In this document: positions 10,212 to 20,860 of the stretch, piece by piece
Layout of the letters: each line of letters begins with the position of its first letter
Numbering within the stretch: position 1 is the stretch's first letter
IMG/VR virus record: IMGVR_UViG_3300027801_002517
Location: 93,370-157,369 of that record
Strand: one strand, 5' to 3'
Source: a virus
DNA: 64,000 nt
The notes under the pieces: model-generated
What the model was told of the DNA's origin: nothing
What the model saw: only the letters and a program-made list of their open reading frames with translations
Database searches by the model: none
Position numbers and translations under genes: made by a program

Positions 10212-10620
10212 ATTTATCTGAAAGTCTTACGATGTCCCCTTCGTCACATTTTCCTCCTTGTATTTCATAAATTTCAAGAGCTTCGTCTCCAGTATTCTTC
10301 ACCATGTGTGTTTCAGTGGGTAGAATAACAATGTGGTCACCTTCGGAAATAGATAGTTCGGAATTATCAATAGTAATAACACCTTCTCCCGATGCAATAA
10401 ACCAAAATTCCATACGTTCTTTATGATATTGTTCGGATAATTGCTGGTCGGGATCTACTATAATTCTTTTAAATACAACTTTTTTATGCTCTGGTCGATA
10501 AATATCAATATAATACCCCCAAGGCTTCTCAATTAACTTATGCGTTGGCACCTTACAACTCCTCAATACGTTTAGCCTTGTCATCAACAACAAGATCAAA
10601 ATGTGGCTTTTCATCACCAA
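10201..10620 (-). CDS. Mannose-6-phosphate isomerase type II-like cupin
   Basis: KPWGYY, LSEQYHKERMEFW, EIQ.G...EGDIVRLSDKYGR; true start probably near 10551. Confidence 0.88.
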   Translation of the reverse strand: MVMKSHILILLLMTRLNVLRSCKVPTHKLIEKPWGYYIDIYRPEHKKVVFKRIIVDPDQQLSEQYHKERMEFWFIASGEGVITIDNSELSISEGDHIVILPTETHMVKNTGDEALEIYEIQGGKCDEGDIVRLSDKYGR

Positions 10621-10894
10621 CTTTTAACTCATGAAACTTACAACCCCAACTGTTCAATTGAGTCAATGTGTGATTGCGATAATTCTTGCCAGAAGTTGAA
10701 CCACGAGCTGTCCAATAAATAATTTTCCATCCCTCATCATATAGATTATTAATTTTTGCTATATTATCATGACTTGGTTCTGATAAATCATAGCGACGTT
10801 CACCAGAATAAAAACAAATTGTTTCATCAATATCTATAAATGCAACTTTTTGTTTGCCTTCCGGGCTAAATCTTGCTGCCTCATGAAATTCCAT
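10553..10894 (-). CDS. HAD-superfamily phosphatase (capsule-biosynthesis type)
   Basis: DIDET, WTARG, KP, VDDK motifs. Confidence 0.85.
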   Translation of the reverse strand: MEFHEAARFSPEGKQKVAFIDIDETICFYSGERRYDLSEPSHDNIAKINNLYDEGWKIIYWTARGSTSGKNYRNHTLTQLNSWGCKFHELKVGDEKPHFDLVVDDKAKRIEEL

Positions 10895-10895
10895 A

Positions 10896-11976
10896 TTAAT
10901 CCCTTCTAATAGTTAAATCTATAATTTCTCCACTTTCAGTTAATTCCACGAAGAAAGAATCGCTTAAATTGATAGTGGGTACTACTTTATCTTCTTGAGT
11001 ATATAAAGTCCAAACATCTATTCTAAAATTATTCTGAAAAACATTTTTAGCGTCTATTTTGAATTTATTTTTAAGAATATTTTCAGATACATTGTTAGAA
11101 ATAAATTCATGCAACAATTCAGAATCTATATTCTTGTATACTTTTTCTGGTGTATTTTTTTTATTAATTGTCTTCTTAGGTTTTTTAGGATTCTTCAACA
11201 CTTTATTTCCTTTTTAAGATTTATTTTTTTTCCATGAAAAAAGATTGTTCAGATATTTTTTTCGTTTGGAACAATTACATTCTTGTAATCCAAACCAATT
11301 TTTAAATCTTTCCTCGGTAATTCCAAACCTCGTAAGAGTTTCCTCTAATGCATCACCCAGTCCTGTTACTTCATTCTCTTTAGAGTTAAACTTTACACCT
11401 TTAGCATTTAATTCATTTATAACTAAATCCATTTCGTGTCTAATTTGATTTTGGTCGCTCATTTATTCTCCAATCTTTATAGATTAGGATGGACAGTACT
11501 CTGTATTTTGCTGGTAAATTAATTCATAATACAGGACTTGGTTTTCCTCTTCAGAAAAAACAGCTTCTCCGTATAAATATCCTTCATCTATTAATCTATC
11601 AACAACTTCACGCTCAATATCATTTAAGTCACTGATATCCATACCTTCAAATCTCTTCGCTATCCAATCCAATGTCGTCATCATTTGTTATATTCCTATT
11701 CCTGAAGAAATCTAGTGCGTTTAGTATACCATCTACCGCTATGATTAAATCCCTGACTTGATTTGGAGTCATTTCAATGCCGTGTAGTGCAAAGAAATCC
11801 CTTGTTTCATATTCATCTCCACTATTATATCTTAATTGTTCCTCTGTATTAACCAAAAAAGATACCCAATCTAAAAAAGCCAGTTTTGTCCTCTCATTTT
11901 GTATTATTGACTGAAGTTCGTCATTTAATTTTTGAAAAAGATATTCATCTTCATCTTCATCTTCGGAATAACTCAT
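10896..11976 (-). other. Four small hypothetical genes (10896..11201, 11214..11462, 11484..11684, 11647..11976)
   Basis: Co-oriented ORFs with RBS; 11214..11462 has GLGD...ECNC..RK..LN. Confidence 0.55.
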
Positions 11977-12089
11977 ATTAAATCTTTCTCATAGAGTATG
12001 ATACTATGTAATTATACCCGAAATAGTATATTATGATGGAAAAATAAGGATATGCTGATGAATTAATAGCAACATATCCTTAATTTAGT

Positions 12090-12401
12090 TTATCTCCATA
12101 ATCTTAAACGATAAGTTCCATATTTTCCAGTAGCAACTGCGTCTGCTACTAATCTCATTCTTCTTCTGGGTATGCAGGTGCCTAATGTTTTTGGGTTTCG
12201 ACCCTTACGTCCCCATCCACATCCTTCAAATCTGGCTCCATGTTTCCACGGACTACAAACTGAATAAGGAGGATGCCACCTGTAATTTTTATCGGCCATA
12301 TACTGGACTCTGACTTGAGCTACCTCTTGTAAGGTCATTTCTTTCGGTTGATTTGCCAAGACAATTGATAGAACTAATGCAGTAAACACATATATCTCCA
12401 T
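12090..12401 (-). CDS. Secreted protein, CAP/SCP-like
   Basis: Signal peptide; AQ.R..YMA...H...EGCGW...C...G..Y pattern. Confidence 0.45.
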   Translation of the reverse strand: MEIYVFTALVLSIVLANQPKEMTLQEVAQVRVQYMADKNYRWHPPYSVCSPWKHGARFEGCGWGRKGRNPKTLGTCIPRRRMRLVADAVATGKYGTYRLRLWR

Positions 12402-12498
12402 ATAATGAAAAAAATATCATCCTGATATTAATACACTTATAACCCACACAAAAACAAAAGTCACAAGCAGTTCAATTGTAATAATTACTATGTCTTCT

Positions 12499-12729
12499 TT
12501 ATTTAACTTCATTATTGTCCATCATTATTAAAACTTGTTCTGCTCCGTACAAAGTAAACTCCTGACAGACATCACATCTACGTTCTTGAGCATCTGGTTC
12601 AATACCAAGGCTACTAGCCCCACAATCCACATTGATACAGAATCCCTCATTCATATCACGAGCTACTGCATCAAATACTTCTTCAAAATCAAGAGTCCAA
12701 TCTGGATGGTTTGGCTTAGACATTTCCAT
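12499..12729 (-). CDS. Small Zn-ribbon hypothetical protein
   Basis: GFC...C..EPDA..CDVC..LYGAE. Confidence 0.55.
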   Translation of the reverse strand: MEMSKPNHPDWTLDFEEVFDAVARDMNEGFCINVDCGASSLGIEPDAQERRCDVCQEFTLYGAEQVLIMMDNNEVK

Positions 12730-13291
12730 ATATATTCCGTTCTGTAATAATCTTATCCATATAAATATCGTGAGATGCTACTGGAATCTCTTCAAACATT
12801 TGACATTCAAACGCCAAGGCCACTAATGGTGTACCCTGTCGAGCATTCTCCAGCAGCTTATCATAGTATCCTTTACCGTGACCCATCCTCGCACCAGTAG
12901 CATCAAACCCTACGCCCGGCACCATTATAAGATCTAATTCTTTTATGTCAACCTGTTTCTGAGGAAGACCACGCAATTCTTGAGAAGGCTCTAAGATACC
13001 ATACATACCTGTTTCTAATTCGTCCATACTCTCAAGATGGAAAAGCTCTAGCTCTCCATCGTCATTACACCAAGGCACCACTATATTTTTGCCACTACTA
13101 AGTGCCTCTGGTAGAGCATGACGAGTCCTGACCTCACTCCTTACATCAATATAAAACATGACAGCAGATGCATCGGCATATTCATATAGAGACATGAAAG
13201 TATCTACAATCGAACGACTTAGTTTGTCTTTGTCTTCTTGTTTGTTTCGGTTGTCATGGGCAGTTCGCCTCAGTTCATTTTTATTTATCAT
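12716..13291 (-). CDS. 5-formyltetrahydrofolate cyclo-ligase
   Basis: K.ELR, SEVRT, YGILEP, DLIMVPGVGFD..G.RMGHGKGYYD, HDIYMD.IITE; likely start MINKNELR at 13291. Confidence 0.95.
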   Translation of the reverse strand: MINKNELRRTAHDNRNKQEDKDKLSRSIVDTFMSLYEYADASAVMFYIDVRSEVRTRHALPEALSSGKNIVVPWCNDDGELELFHLESMDELETGMYGILEPSQELRGLPQKQVDIKELDLIMVPGVGFDATGARMGHGKGYYDKLLENARQGTPLVALAFECQMFEEIPVASHDIYMDKIITERNIYGNV

Positions 13292-13316
13292 AGTATGGTA
13301 CTCTTTGAATTCCTGT

Positions 13317-14741
13317 TTATACCGTTTGTAAAACTTTATTTGTATATTGTTCTTCAAACAATAGTTTTTGAGAATAGGTTTTTTTGTGACACTCTTTACA
13401 CAACATTGTACAATTTTTCGGAACTGTTAATCCTCCCTTACCATGAGGGATTATATGATGAGCATCCATATCATCTATGTCAAATTGCTCATCACAATCA
13501 GAACAGTATCCATCTTGTTTGTGGTATTGTTTTTTTCTATCTACTTCAGAAAATTTTCGAGATGGATCTTTATCTGTTTTGTCAGTACAACAATCAAGGT
13601 GATCGTGTAAAATTTTATTTTGTAGCCCTCTATTGACTTTGGTATGCCCAGAAGTATTTACACGCAATGAGTATTCATCAAGATCATTTTTAACTTTGGT
13701 TGATTTTATCTCCGCTGCTGTCCTTATGTCTACACTTAAGTCTTTTAGATGGTTTAGTAATTTTTCTTTATCAATTTCTCGACCTTCTAGTATCCAGTCA
13801 ATAATTACAACATTTAATGCATAAAAATTTGAACCTTTTGCAAATCTAGTTGATTTAAGTCCTACTGTTTGATCAAAGAGAAATTTCATAATCTCTAAAC
13901 TTTTCTTGATATTTTTTATAAGTTTGAACATATCTATATCTTCTTCATTGTTTTTAAAATATTTAAACACGTTCGCAACAGCCCACCCATTTAAATGTTC
14001 TTGATTATGAATGTAATATAAAAGTGCTGTTAAATATCTACCATCCCACTGTCGAATAACCGAGGATGTTGATGAGGCTTTAATAAGCATATCGGAATAT
14101 GGTCCATCAACACCAGTAAATGGCCGGAGGAAATCCTTAACTAAGGGTGTATCTCTATATTTTGATCTTAGTTTTTCTTGATCATTAAGATTTTCGCTTT
14201 GATTATATGATTGAAATAAAGCATCGATAAGATTTTTAATCTCAATCTCATTCACCCCATATGTTTCATATATAATTACAGTTATCTGCTTATCAAGAAA
14301 ACTTTTTCGGTTCGACTCATTAACGTCTTCCCATTTCTTTGCTTCTAGTTTATCAATAAAAAGATCAGGTAGAGTCGATAACTCTTTAGATAAAGAATAA
14401 ATGTTATGTATATAATCTTTTATACTAGAAGCTCTCTGTAGTCCATCAATTACTTCATAGTAAACTTCGCAAGCTTCCGGTAAAAGATTTTTGCGTATAC
14501 CATACCAATTATCATCATATGGTTTTTTAGTTTCACTATCTCTATATCTTTTCACAAGATAAAGTGGGGGTATAGAAATTCCGCTCCAAATGGAGTTAAT
14601 GAAAGCAATCTTTCTGTCGGCTGCCCATACTTCATCTCTTTGGTGATCAGGATTAAGAACATAGTCACCGCTATCTATCTTCTTTAATAGATTTTCAATA
14701 GAAATTTTTTCGTCTGAAAAATCATAGTTTGGGAGTTGCAT
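13317..14741 (-). CDS. DUF262 (GmrS-like) domain fused to C-terminal HNH; GmrSD-like nuclease
   Basis: PDHQRDEVW, FINSI..GISIPP, VIDGLQR; C-terminal CSDC..AHHIIPH.KGG.T..NC..LCKECH. Confidence 0.85.
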   Translation of the reverse strand: MQLPNYDFSDEKISIENLLKKIDSGDYVLNPDHQRDEVWAADRKIAFINSIWSGISIPPLYLVKRYRDSETKKPYDDNWYGIRKNLLPEACEVYYEVIDGLQRASSIKDYIHNIYSLSKELSTLPDLFIDKLEAKKWEDVNESNRKSFLDKQITVIIYETYGVNEIEIKNLIDALFQSYNQSENLNDQEKLRSKYRDTPLVKDFLRPFTGVDGPYSDMLIKASSTSSVIRQWDGRYLTALLYYIHNQEHLNGWAVANVFKYFKNNEEDIDMFKLIKNIKKSLEIMKFLFDQTVGLKSTRFAKGSNFYALNVVIIDWILEGREIDKEKLLNHLKDLSVDIRTAAEIKSTKVKNDLDEYSLRVNTSGHTKVNRGLQNKILHDHLDCCTDKTDKDPSRKFSEVDRKKQYHKQDGYCSDCDEQFDIDDMDAHHIIPHGKGGLTVPKNCTMLCKECHKKTYSQKLLFEEQYTNKVLQTV

Positions 14742-14754
14742 AATTCATCCTTCC

Positions 14755-15831
14755 TTAATTTTTATTTCTTAACATCTTTAAACAAGATTTACCAATGGCG
14801 GTGCCGAGGCCACAAGGAACGGCATTACCTATCTGTTTGAACGCCTGTCCCTTTTTACACTTAAACATAAAAGTATCTGGAAAAGACTGTAGTCTAGCCA
14901 ATTCCCTGACAGTCATATGTCTTCCTTTTTCATAGTGGGTAAACACTGCACCATGATTTTCTTTAACTGTGTTACACGGTTTATCGGGATGACATTTCTG
15001 ATTGGCCTCACCATATCCAGAATAACTATCACCGTATTCAGTAGCCATAATTTTATCTGGGACCGATGGGTCAGTCTTATAAGCTCTGAACTCATGTGAA
15101 AATTCAATATCTTCCTCAATGTCTTTTAGGTCATCTATCGCATCTCTAACGGAAACCCATTTCTCCAAATCACCCGTACCAGACTCGTTGTGTGTCTCAT
15201 CTGGAAAAAGAACCTTGTTCTTAGACGCTATAATAATAACTCTCTCTCTGTGCTGCGGCACACCATAATTGGAAGCTTTTAATACTCTTGCTTCAGCGTT
15301 ATAGCCTAAATCAACAAATAGGTCAACCCATTTATCACAGACTGAGAATGTATATTCTTTATATTTTTTAAGTAACTTACCACTACTCAGCTTCTTTGAA
15401 TCTTTATTGATCTGTTTAAAAGTATCATCTGGAATATCAGATTCAAAATGATACATAGAAGCAAGACCTTTGACGTTTTCAATAACGCAAACATCTGGAT
15501 CTACTCTCTCCACAATATCAAAATAATCAAAATACAATTGTCCCCGATCATCAAATGGATCTCGCTTACCAGCATTGCTAAATGCCTGACAAGGAATTCC
15601 ACCAAGGATAACTTTTACTTCATTATCAATGCAGGCTTTTACAATAACATCTTTTATAGTTGGATCGGTAATACTTCCTTCGACTAAGTTACAATGAGGA
15701 TGATTGAACCTGAATGTTGAACATGCTGGCCCATCAAACTCATTAGCGACTCTGACCTGTAAACCATCTACCTTATCCATACCATAAGACATACCCCCAC
15801 AACCGGCGAATAAATCTAAAACGTTATACAT
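14755..15831 (-). CDS. DNA (cytosine-5)-methyltransferase
   Basis: DLFAGCGG, GGIPCQAFS, ENV, PQHRERV, RELARLQSFPD, QIGNAVP. Confidence 0.96.
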   Translation of the reverse strand: MYNVLDLFAGCGGMSYGMDKVDGLQVRVANEFDGPACSTFRFNHPHCNLVEGSITDPTIKDVIVKACIDNEVKVILGGIPCQAFSNAGKRDPFDDRGQLYFDYFDIVERVDPDVCVIENVKGLASMYHFESDIPDDTFKQINKDSKKLSSGKLLKKYKEYTFSVCDKWVDLFVDLGYNAEARVLKASNYGVPQHRERVIIIASKNKVLFPDETHNESGTGDLEKWVSVRDAIDDLKDIEEDIEFSHEFRAYKTDPSVPDKIMATEYGDSYSGYGEANQKCHPDKPCNTVKENHGAVFTHYEKGRHMTVRELARLQSFPDTFMFKCKKGQAFKQIGNAVPCGLGTAIGKSCLKMLRNKN

Positions 15832-15847
15832 AGTTAATCTTCCCCTT

Positions 15848-16579
15848 TTAAATTAATATCTTGATGTTAGGGTCACAAGCCCGACCATAAAAATAATCCT
15901 TTGGTAATTTTAGATCAGACTCAAGACGTCTTAGTTGTTCTAACCTCAGTGTGAATTCATTAAACGTCGGAACAATATTCTTTAATCTTGAATTACCAGC
16001 GTGTAGCATAATTCTACCAGTAATTTTTTTTGACTTTGTACTCCACTTTCTACCGTCTGTACGCACTGGCTCCATCAGTACATTATTCAAGCAGTAATAA
16101 TCAAATGATAAGAATACGATCTCTTCTTTATTATGATCAAGATCATATTCTATTGTATAGACATAGTAGAATACCGGCTTATCCTTGTTATGTTTTTCTA
16201 AGCAGTTCAATAGGTTGGAATAGGCAGCAATCCCACTCTCACCAGCATTCTTGCCATTCCGCCTGACTCTCCGTACCTTGAGATTGATGAGGATAATACA
16301 ATCCTCTGTTTCTATAGTAAAATCATAGGGAGATTTGTTGTTGGCTTCTCTGGTAATAGTTGCTTTCTCCGTGGCACCGGACTTGATCATAGCTGCCTCA
16401 AAAATACAACCGAAAACGGAAGCCGAATCAAGTGGAGTATCTTCAAATATTAAATCATAGGGGCCTAACTTCAAAGGCATTGGCTCATAAAAAGTAAGTT
16501 GGCAATATCCGTGAAGATCAGACATTCTGTCCATCGCATCTGCTTTGATTAACTCTTGATATTCCAAATCATCAGTCAT
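15848..16579 (-). CDS. Putative type II restriction endonuclease
   Basis: FE...SPYDF...INLKV resembles a PD-(D/E)XK variant; directly upstream of the C5 methyltransferase. Confidence 0.5.
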   Translation of the reverse strand: MTDDLEYQELIKADAMDRMSDLHGYCQLTFYEPMPLKLGPYDLIFEDTPLDSASVFGCIFEAAMIKSGATEKATITREANNKSPYDFTIETEDCIILINLKVRRVRRNGKNAGESGIAAYSNLLNCLEKHNKDKPVFYYVYTIEYDLDHNKEEIVFLSFDYYCLNNVLMEPVRTDGRKWSTKSKKITGRIMLHAGNSRLKNIVPTFNEFTLRLEQLRRLESDLKLPKDYFYGRACDPNIKILI

Positions 16580-17087
16580 TTGTCAACTCCCTCACGTTCA
16601 TTAACTTGAGCAATTACCAAAGCATCTAGCTCTGCAATAGAAAATTTTCCGTTTAGTTCAATACATTGTTCATTTTCTTTAGGGTTTGTTGTAATGATAG
16701 TCCTACCCATATGTTTTTCATGTAGAAACTTAATTAAATAATCAGTACACCACAAGTGTCGGCCAAACTTTTTTTGCATAGCGTTAATTAAAAAGTTACC
16801 ATCTCTCATTTGTCAAGAGCCTCCATAATCTTTTCTGCTAAAAATTCTCGACCTGTCTCGCTACCGAGATTTATCTCCTTGTCGGCAACATCTTCTAATA
16901 TTTTAATAATTCTATGATAGTAGGCCCAATCATAGGTACGACTACACCCTACTCCTTTATCTGCGTTCTCTCTTTTTCGGTAATTGATCACGTTTATGTC
17001 TGCTGGGTAATGCTCACACCCAGTAATATATCCACTAGGAGTATCATAACATATTGTTCCGCATTTTTCACATTCAAAGTTACTCAT
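16576..17087 (-). other. Two small hypothetical genes (16576..16809, 16806..17087)
   Basis: ATGA-coupled ORFs. Confidence 0.55.
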
Positions 17088-17482
17088 TCGTCAACTCCCT
17101 CAAAGATATTTCCTACAACCACTTTAGAATATCGCCAATTACGCTCTGCCCCACCGTGACGATCAGGATCTTTTTTACCTAGAAACATAGCATCTTCTTC
17201 GCAGTAGGTTATTGTGAATCTTTCTTTTCTGTCTCTGTATTGCCACTCTACAATATCCCCCTCATAAATCTCCTTACCATTCTTATCTTTCAATCCCGTA
17301 TATTGCTGCACAAAGACTGTGGCATCAAAAACATTTTCCCACAATGGCTTATCTTTTGTACCATAATTTTCATATACAGTTCCGTCAATGCCTATCATAT
17401 ACTTATCTGAATGTTCATCAGGATAGATTATAGTTTTATCAGAATTTGTTTCGTGACATATGCGAAATTTAATCTCTCTCAT
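17084..17482 (-). CDS. YopX family protein
   Basis: MREIKFR...QYTGLKDKNGKEIYEGDIV...VVGNIFE. Confidence 0.92.
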   Translation of the reverse strand: MREIKFRICHETNSDKTIIYPDEHSDKYMIGIDGTVYENYGTKDKPLWENVFDATVFVQQYTGLKDKNGKEIYEGDIVEWQYRDRKERFTITYCEEDAMFLGKKDPDRHGGAERNWRYSKVVVGNIFEGVDE

Positions 17483-17847
17483 TTGTCAAGTCCTATAAAG
17501 GTAAATAAGAGGGACTACTCACACCATGTGCTTCACATTCTTCAAGTAGTTCTTTCAATGCTAAATGGGCTTCAAGGTAAATCTGGTTTTCCATAGCAAT
17601 TTTAATTTGCTTAACACTCGCTGGCAAAAAGAAATTCCTGATATTCATCCTCGTATTGGGATCATTACTTTTAATGTATGTATTACTCATCTTCCCACTC
17701 CTCAGTTATAATAAGCTCTGCTTCGCCTCGTTGTAACATCTCAATAAACTCTTGTTTAGCGTCTTCAAGAGCCTTTGCTTCTGAATCAGCAATAACGGCC
17801 CGCATACTGTCAACGCTTATGACGTAAGTCTTACTCATCTTCAACTC

Positions 17848-18378
17848 CTAAGTAGTTAGACAAACAGAATCAAGTCTATTATACCACCAATCGGGTGCTT
17901 GTCTACCTTTAATCCACTCGCATTGGATATTTTCCCGTTTATCGTAGAAATAATAATCACGATAGGCAGCAATAGAACAAGAGTTCTTGTATTCGTCTGG
18001 CATAGCTTGAGCAAATGGAGTCAGCTTACCCTCTGGAATAAGAGGGAACAGACTGCCAAGTACAGTAATTTGCCGCAGGCACGCATGTTCTTTCTTAAAG
18101 CGGAACTCAAACTCTTGACACAGAGCAATCCCATGCCAGAAAGACCACATATAATTCTCTCTGCTATCACCAACCCAGAGAGTTACCGGATGACGGTGGT
18201 AGCCCCCTTTGTGCGGCGTACCTGACTTGGTCAATGGCACTTGACTGTCTGTAGCACCATGACGACGAGCAGCACTAACCAACATCTGTGTAGCCTCTAC
18301 ACACATCTTGGGTACATGTTTGTCGCAATGCATACGAGCAGCAATCTGAGGATCTTCATCTAATGCAAAGATGTTCAT
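17848..18378 (-). CDS. Pyrimidine-dimer DNA glycosylase / DenV-related family protein
   Basis: MNIFALD..P..AA..HCDKHV.KM..E..QML, HP.TLW, QAMPDEY, AYRDYY. Confidence 0.75.
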   Translation of the reverse strand: MNIFALDEDPQIAARMHCDKHVPKMCVEATQMLVSAARRHGATDSQVPLTKSGTPHKGGYHRHPVTLWVGDSRENYMWSFWHGIALCQEFEFRFKKEHACLRQITVLGSLFPLIPEGKLTPFAQAMPDEYKNSCSIAAYRDYYFYDKRENIQCEWIKGRQAPDWWYNRLDSVCLTT

Positions 18379-18877
18379 AGATCAAATTTTCCTAAATATG
18401 GATTTTTCTTCCAGTATTCAAAATCTTTGGCAGAGTCATCCCAAAGTTGTTTTTGTTTTTTGTCAGGACTATTTTTAACTTCATCCTGCTTCTTTGTCAA
18501 CCACTCTTTTACAACATTTTGAAAGTTTGGACTAAATCCACCTTGCTTGATCCAATCTGAGTAGTCGAAGACCGCATACTTTAAGTCCCACAACTCCTCA
18601 CCTAAATCCCGCTTATCTAAATCGGAATTACTCACTGCATCAAACAAATCAAGTATATTTTTCAAAGTTGCTTCAGGGTCCATTAGTTATTCTCCTGTAT
18701 TAGAGGATCAGTACGGTGATAATTTTGAATGCCAAGTGAAAATACACTTTGTTTAAACATCGGTTTTTCAAGGTTTTCAAGCTGTCGCTGTCTCCCTTCT
18801 TCAATGAGAGCAAGACCCATTAAAGAACACAGAACAATAAACATTATTGATAGAACCGTCTTTCCAATCTTATCCAT
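18375..18877 (-). other. Two small hypothetical genes (18375..18683, 18683..18877)
   Basis: Coupled ORFs with GGAG RBS. Confidence 0.55.
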
Positions 18878-18912
18878 TTGTCAACTCCTATTTATAATAA
18901 AACTTACTACAG

Positions 18913-18997
18913 TAGCCGAAGCGGGACTCGAACCCGCACGCCCATTACGGGCACAGGATTTTAAGTCCTGAGTGTCTGCCTATTCCACCATCCGGCC
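18913..18997 (-). tRNA. tRNA-Leu(TAA), long variable arm
   Basis: CAGGA-CTTAAAA-TCCTG anticodon arm; GCCCGTAATGGGC variable arm; GGTTCGAGTCC. Confidence 0.93.
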
Positions 18998-19026
18998 ATT
19001 CGATCCGATCACATTGGGTTAGACAT

Positions 19027-20506
19027 TCAGTCTTCAACTGAATCAAGAAAATGCCCAATACCCTGATGTAGACCAATCTCATAAAAATCATCGAAACTAC
19101 AATTTTTTCGGTGATGATATTCTTCACCAAGTTCATATCCTTCTGAGCCTGAATCCTCACAGATCCGTACTCCAAGAAATAAACCGCGACCATCACCATA
19201 ATTATTCATAACAAACACCGCTGTTCCATACTTAAACCAAGTATTCTTTTTAGCTATGTGCTGCCTGCCCCAGTGACTACTCATTGTAATCTACTCTATA
19301 GTCAGCGATAGCCTGAACTTCGCCGTTATCTTCAACTTTATATTTTGTTAACAGTTTATATTCCTCCCCGGAAATGTGATACTTTGTCAAATGTTGTAAG
19401 GCATCTTCTTTTGTGTTGCATCTAGGAGTTACAGCCTCACATAACCCTGTGCTATTACAAATTACACCCTGCCACATTGTACTACCCTCCCCTATAGCAT
19501 CACTAATTCAAAACCCTGATCTTTAATATATGTCAAACACTCTTCTTCAACAGCGTCGGCGGTATCAGGATCATAATCATCATCCGTGCCATCAATATGG
19601 CTATCTTCCCATCCAAGAGATTCAGCCTTACTTAAAACTTCTTCAAAACAACTATAGATAAAAGTTTGCATTAATTTTTCCAATGTTTAACCATTTCTTT
19701 TCGCCAGCGTTCCACGTCGGTATCTGGCATCTTATTCTTTTTCTTCTTTGGTTCTGGTTCTGGTCTTGATTTACACCATGCTATGGTAAACAGTAGTGCC
19801 ATTATTGTCAAGGACAATTTTATCATTGAGGAAAACAAACCTCCTGCCAATCCTGAAATTCTTTATCGTCTTCAGGCTCAACAAAGTATAGGCTATACTG
19901 ATTGCAAAGTTCCACATAAGCCTCTGACTTGTCCATACTGGGATAAGTGGAAACTTCGCTGTTGTCAGAAATCTCTTCTAGTAGATTCTTAATCGCGTCT
20001 CTCAAGTCTTTCATCTTAAATCTCCAAAAGGTTTGTTGTTTGTGTCTGTATCATATCATCGACATCAACCCTGTCAACCCTTAATTTGTTTTTTTAATAA
20101 ATCGCTGATTTAATAGATCTGTTAATGAAGATTCGTGATCAATAGGCTGACCATCCACACCATACAAGACCTCTACAATATCATATTCACTGCAAATCAC
20201 ATTCATTTTATCTGTCACCAACTCAACCATCTTTCTACCATCAAAATCCCCTGATGTCTCTAATAGCCAAATCTTTGCTATCTTTTTATCAGAGAAAATA
20301 GTAACAGCCATACATACTTCAAATCCACCATCACTAAACAACCACAATTCATTATTGTAAATATTCCTAGACAATTTATTCAACAACGTAGATCTGAATT
20401 TTATATCAGTCTGTCGCATCTTTGACAATGCTAATAGAAAACTATTTACACTATTCTTGTCAATTTTCTTCCACATTCTAACCTCCCTAATATATAGGTA
20501 TACCAC
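19027..20506 (-). other. Cluster of small hypothetical genes with sigma70 promoters near 19784-19812 and 20050-20077
   Basis: Co-oriented ORFs; TTGACA-N17-TACCAT and TTGACA-N16-TATGAT. Confidence 0.55.
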
Positions 20507-20519
20507 GGTTTATAGGGTC

Positions 20520-20860
20520 ATATTAGAGCATAGCCGTTAAGCTTACCCCTAAAGTCCCTTAGTAATTTATATAGATTAAAACTCAAGTAATAAAAATTTC
20601 AATTCGTCTTTCGACGTGACCCACCAAGTTACTCCTCAGTAGAGCTTGGATTCCCTTGAAAACTAATTACTTACGGCAAAGCTTGTGAAGCTATCCGGTC
20701 ATCCCTTAACATCTTTACAATGATAAGTTATTATTCTGTTTGGTTACAGAATGGGCCTGAGTTCTACGTTACTGTTATAACGCCCCTGATCAGATCTAAA
20801 TTCACATTAATGGCAAGGTGAAATCCAGACAGGCTCTTACGCTACTGCCCCGTACCCTTC
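20520..20860 (-). ncRNA. Candidate structured non-coding RNA, family unknown
   Basis: ORF-free; nested helices and hairpins including CGTC-GAAA-GACG; TATAAT upstream at about 20908-20913. Confidence 0.5.

Noticed and set aside
20605-20645. Hammerhead ribozyme (CTGAGGA...GAAA on the minus strand)
   Set aside because: Stem II does not close adjacent to GAAA, and I found no stem III / UH cleavage partner.
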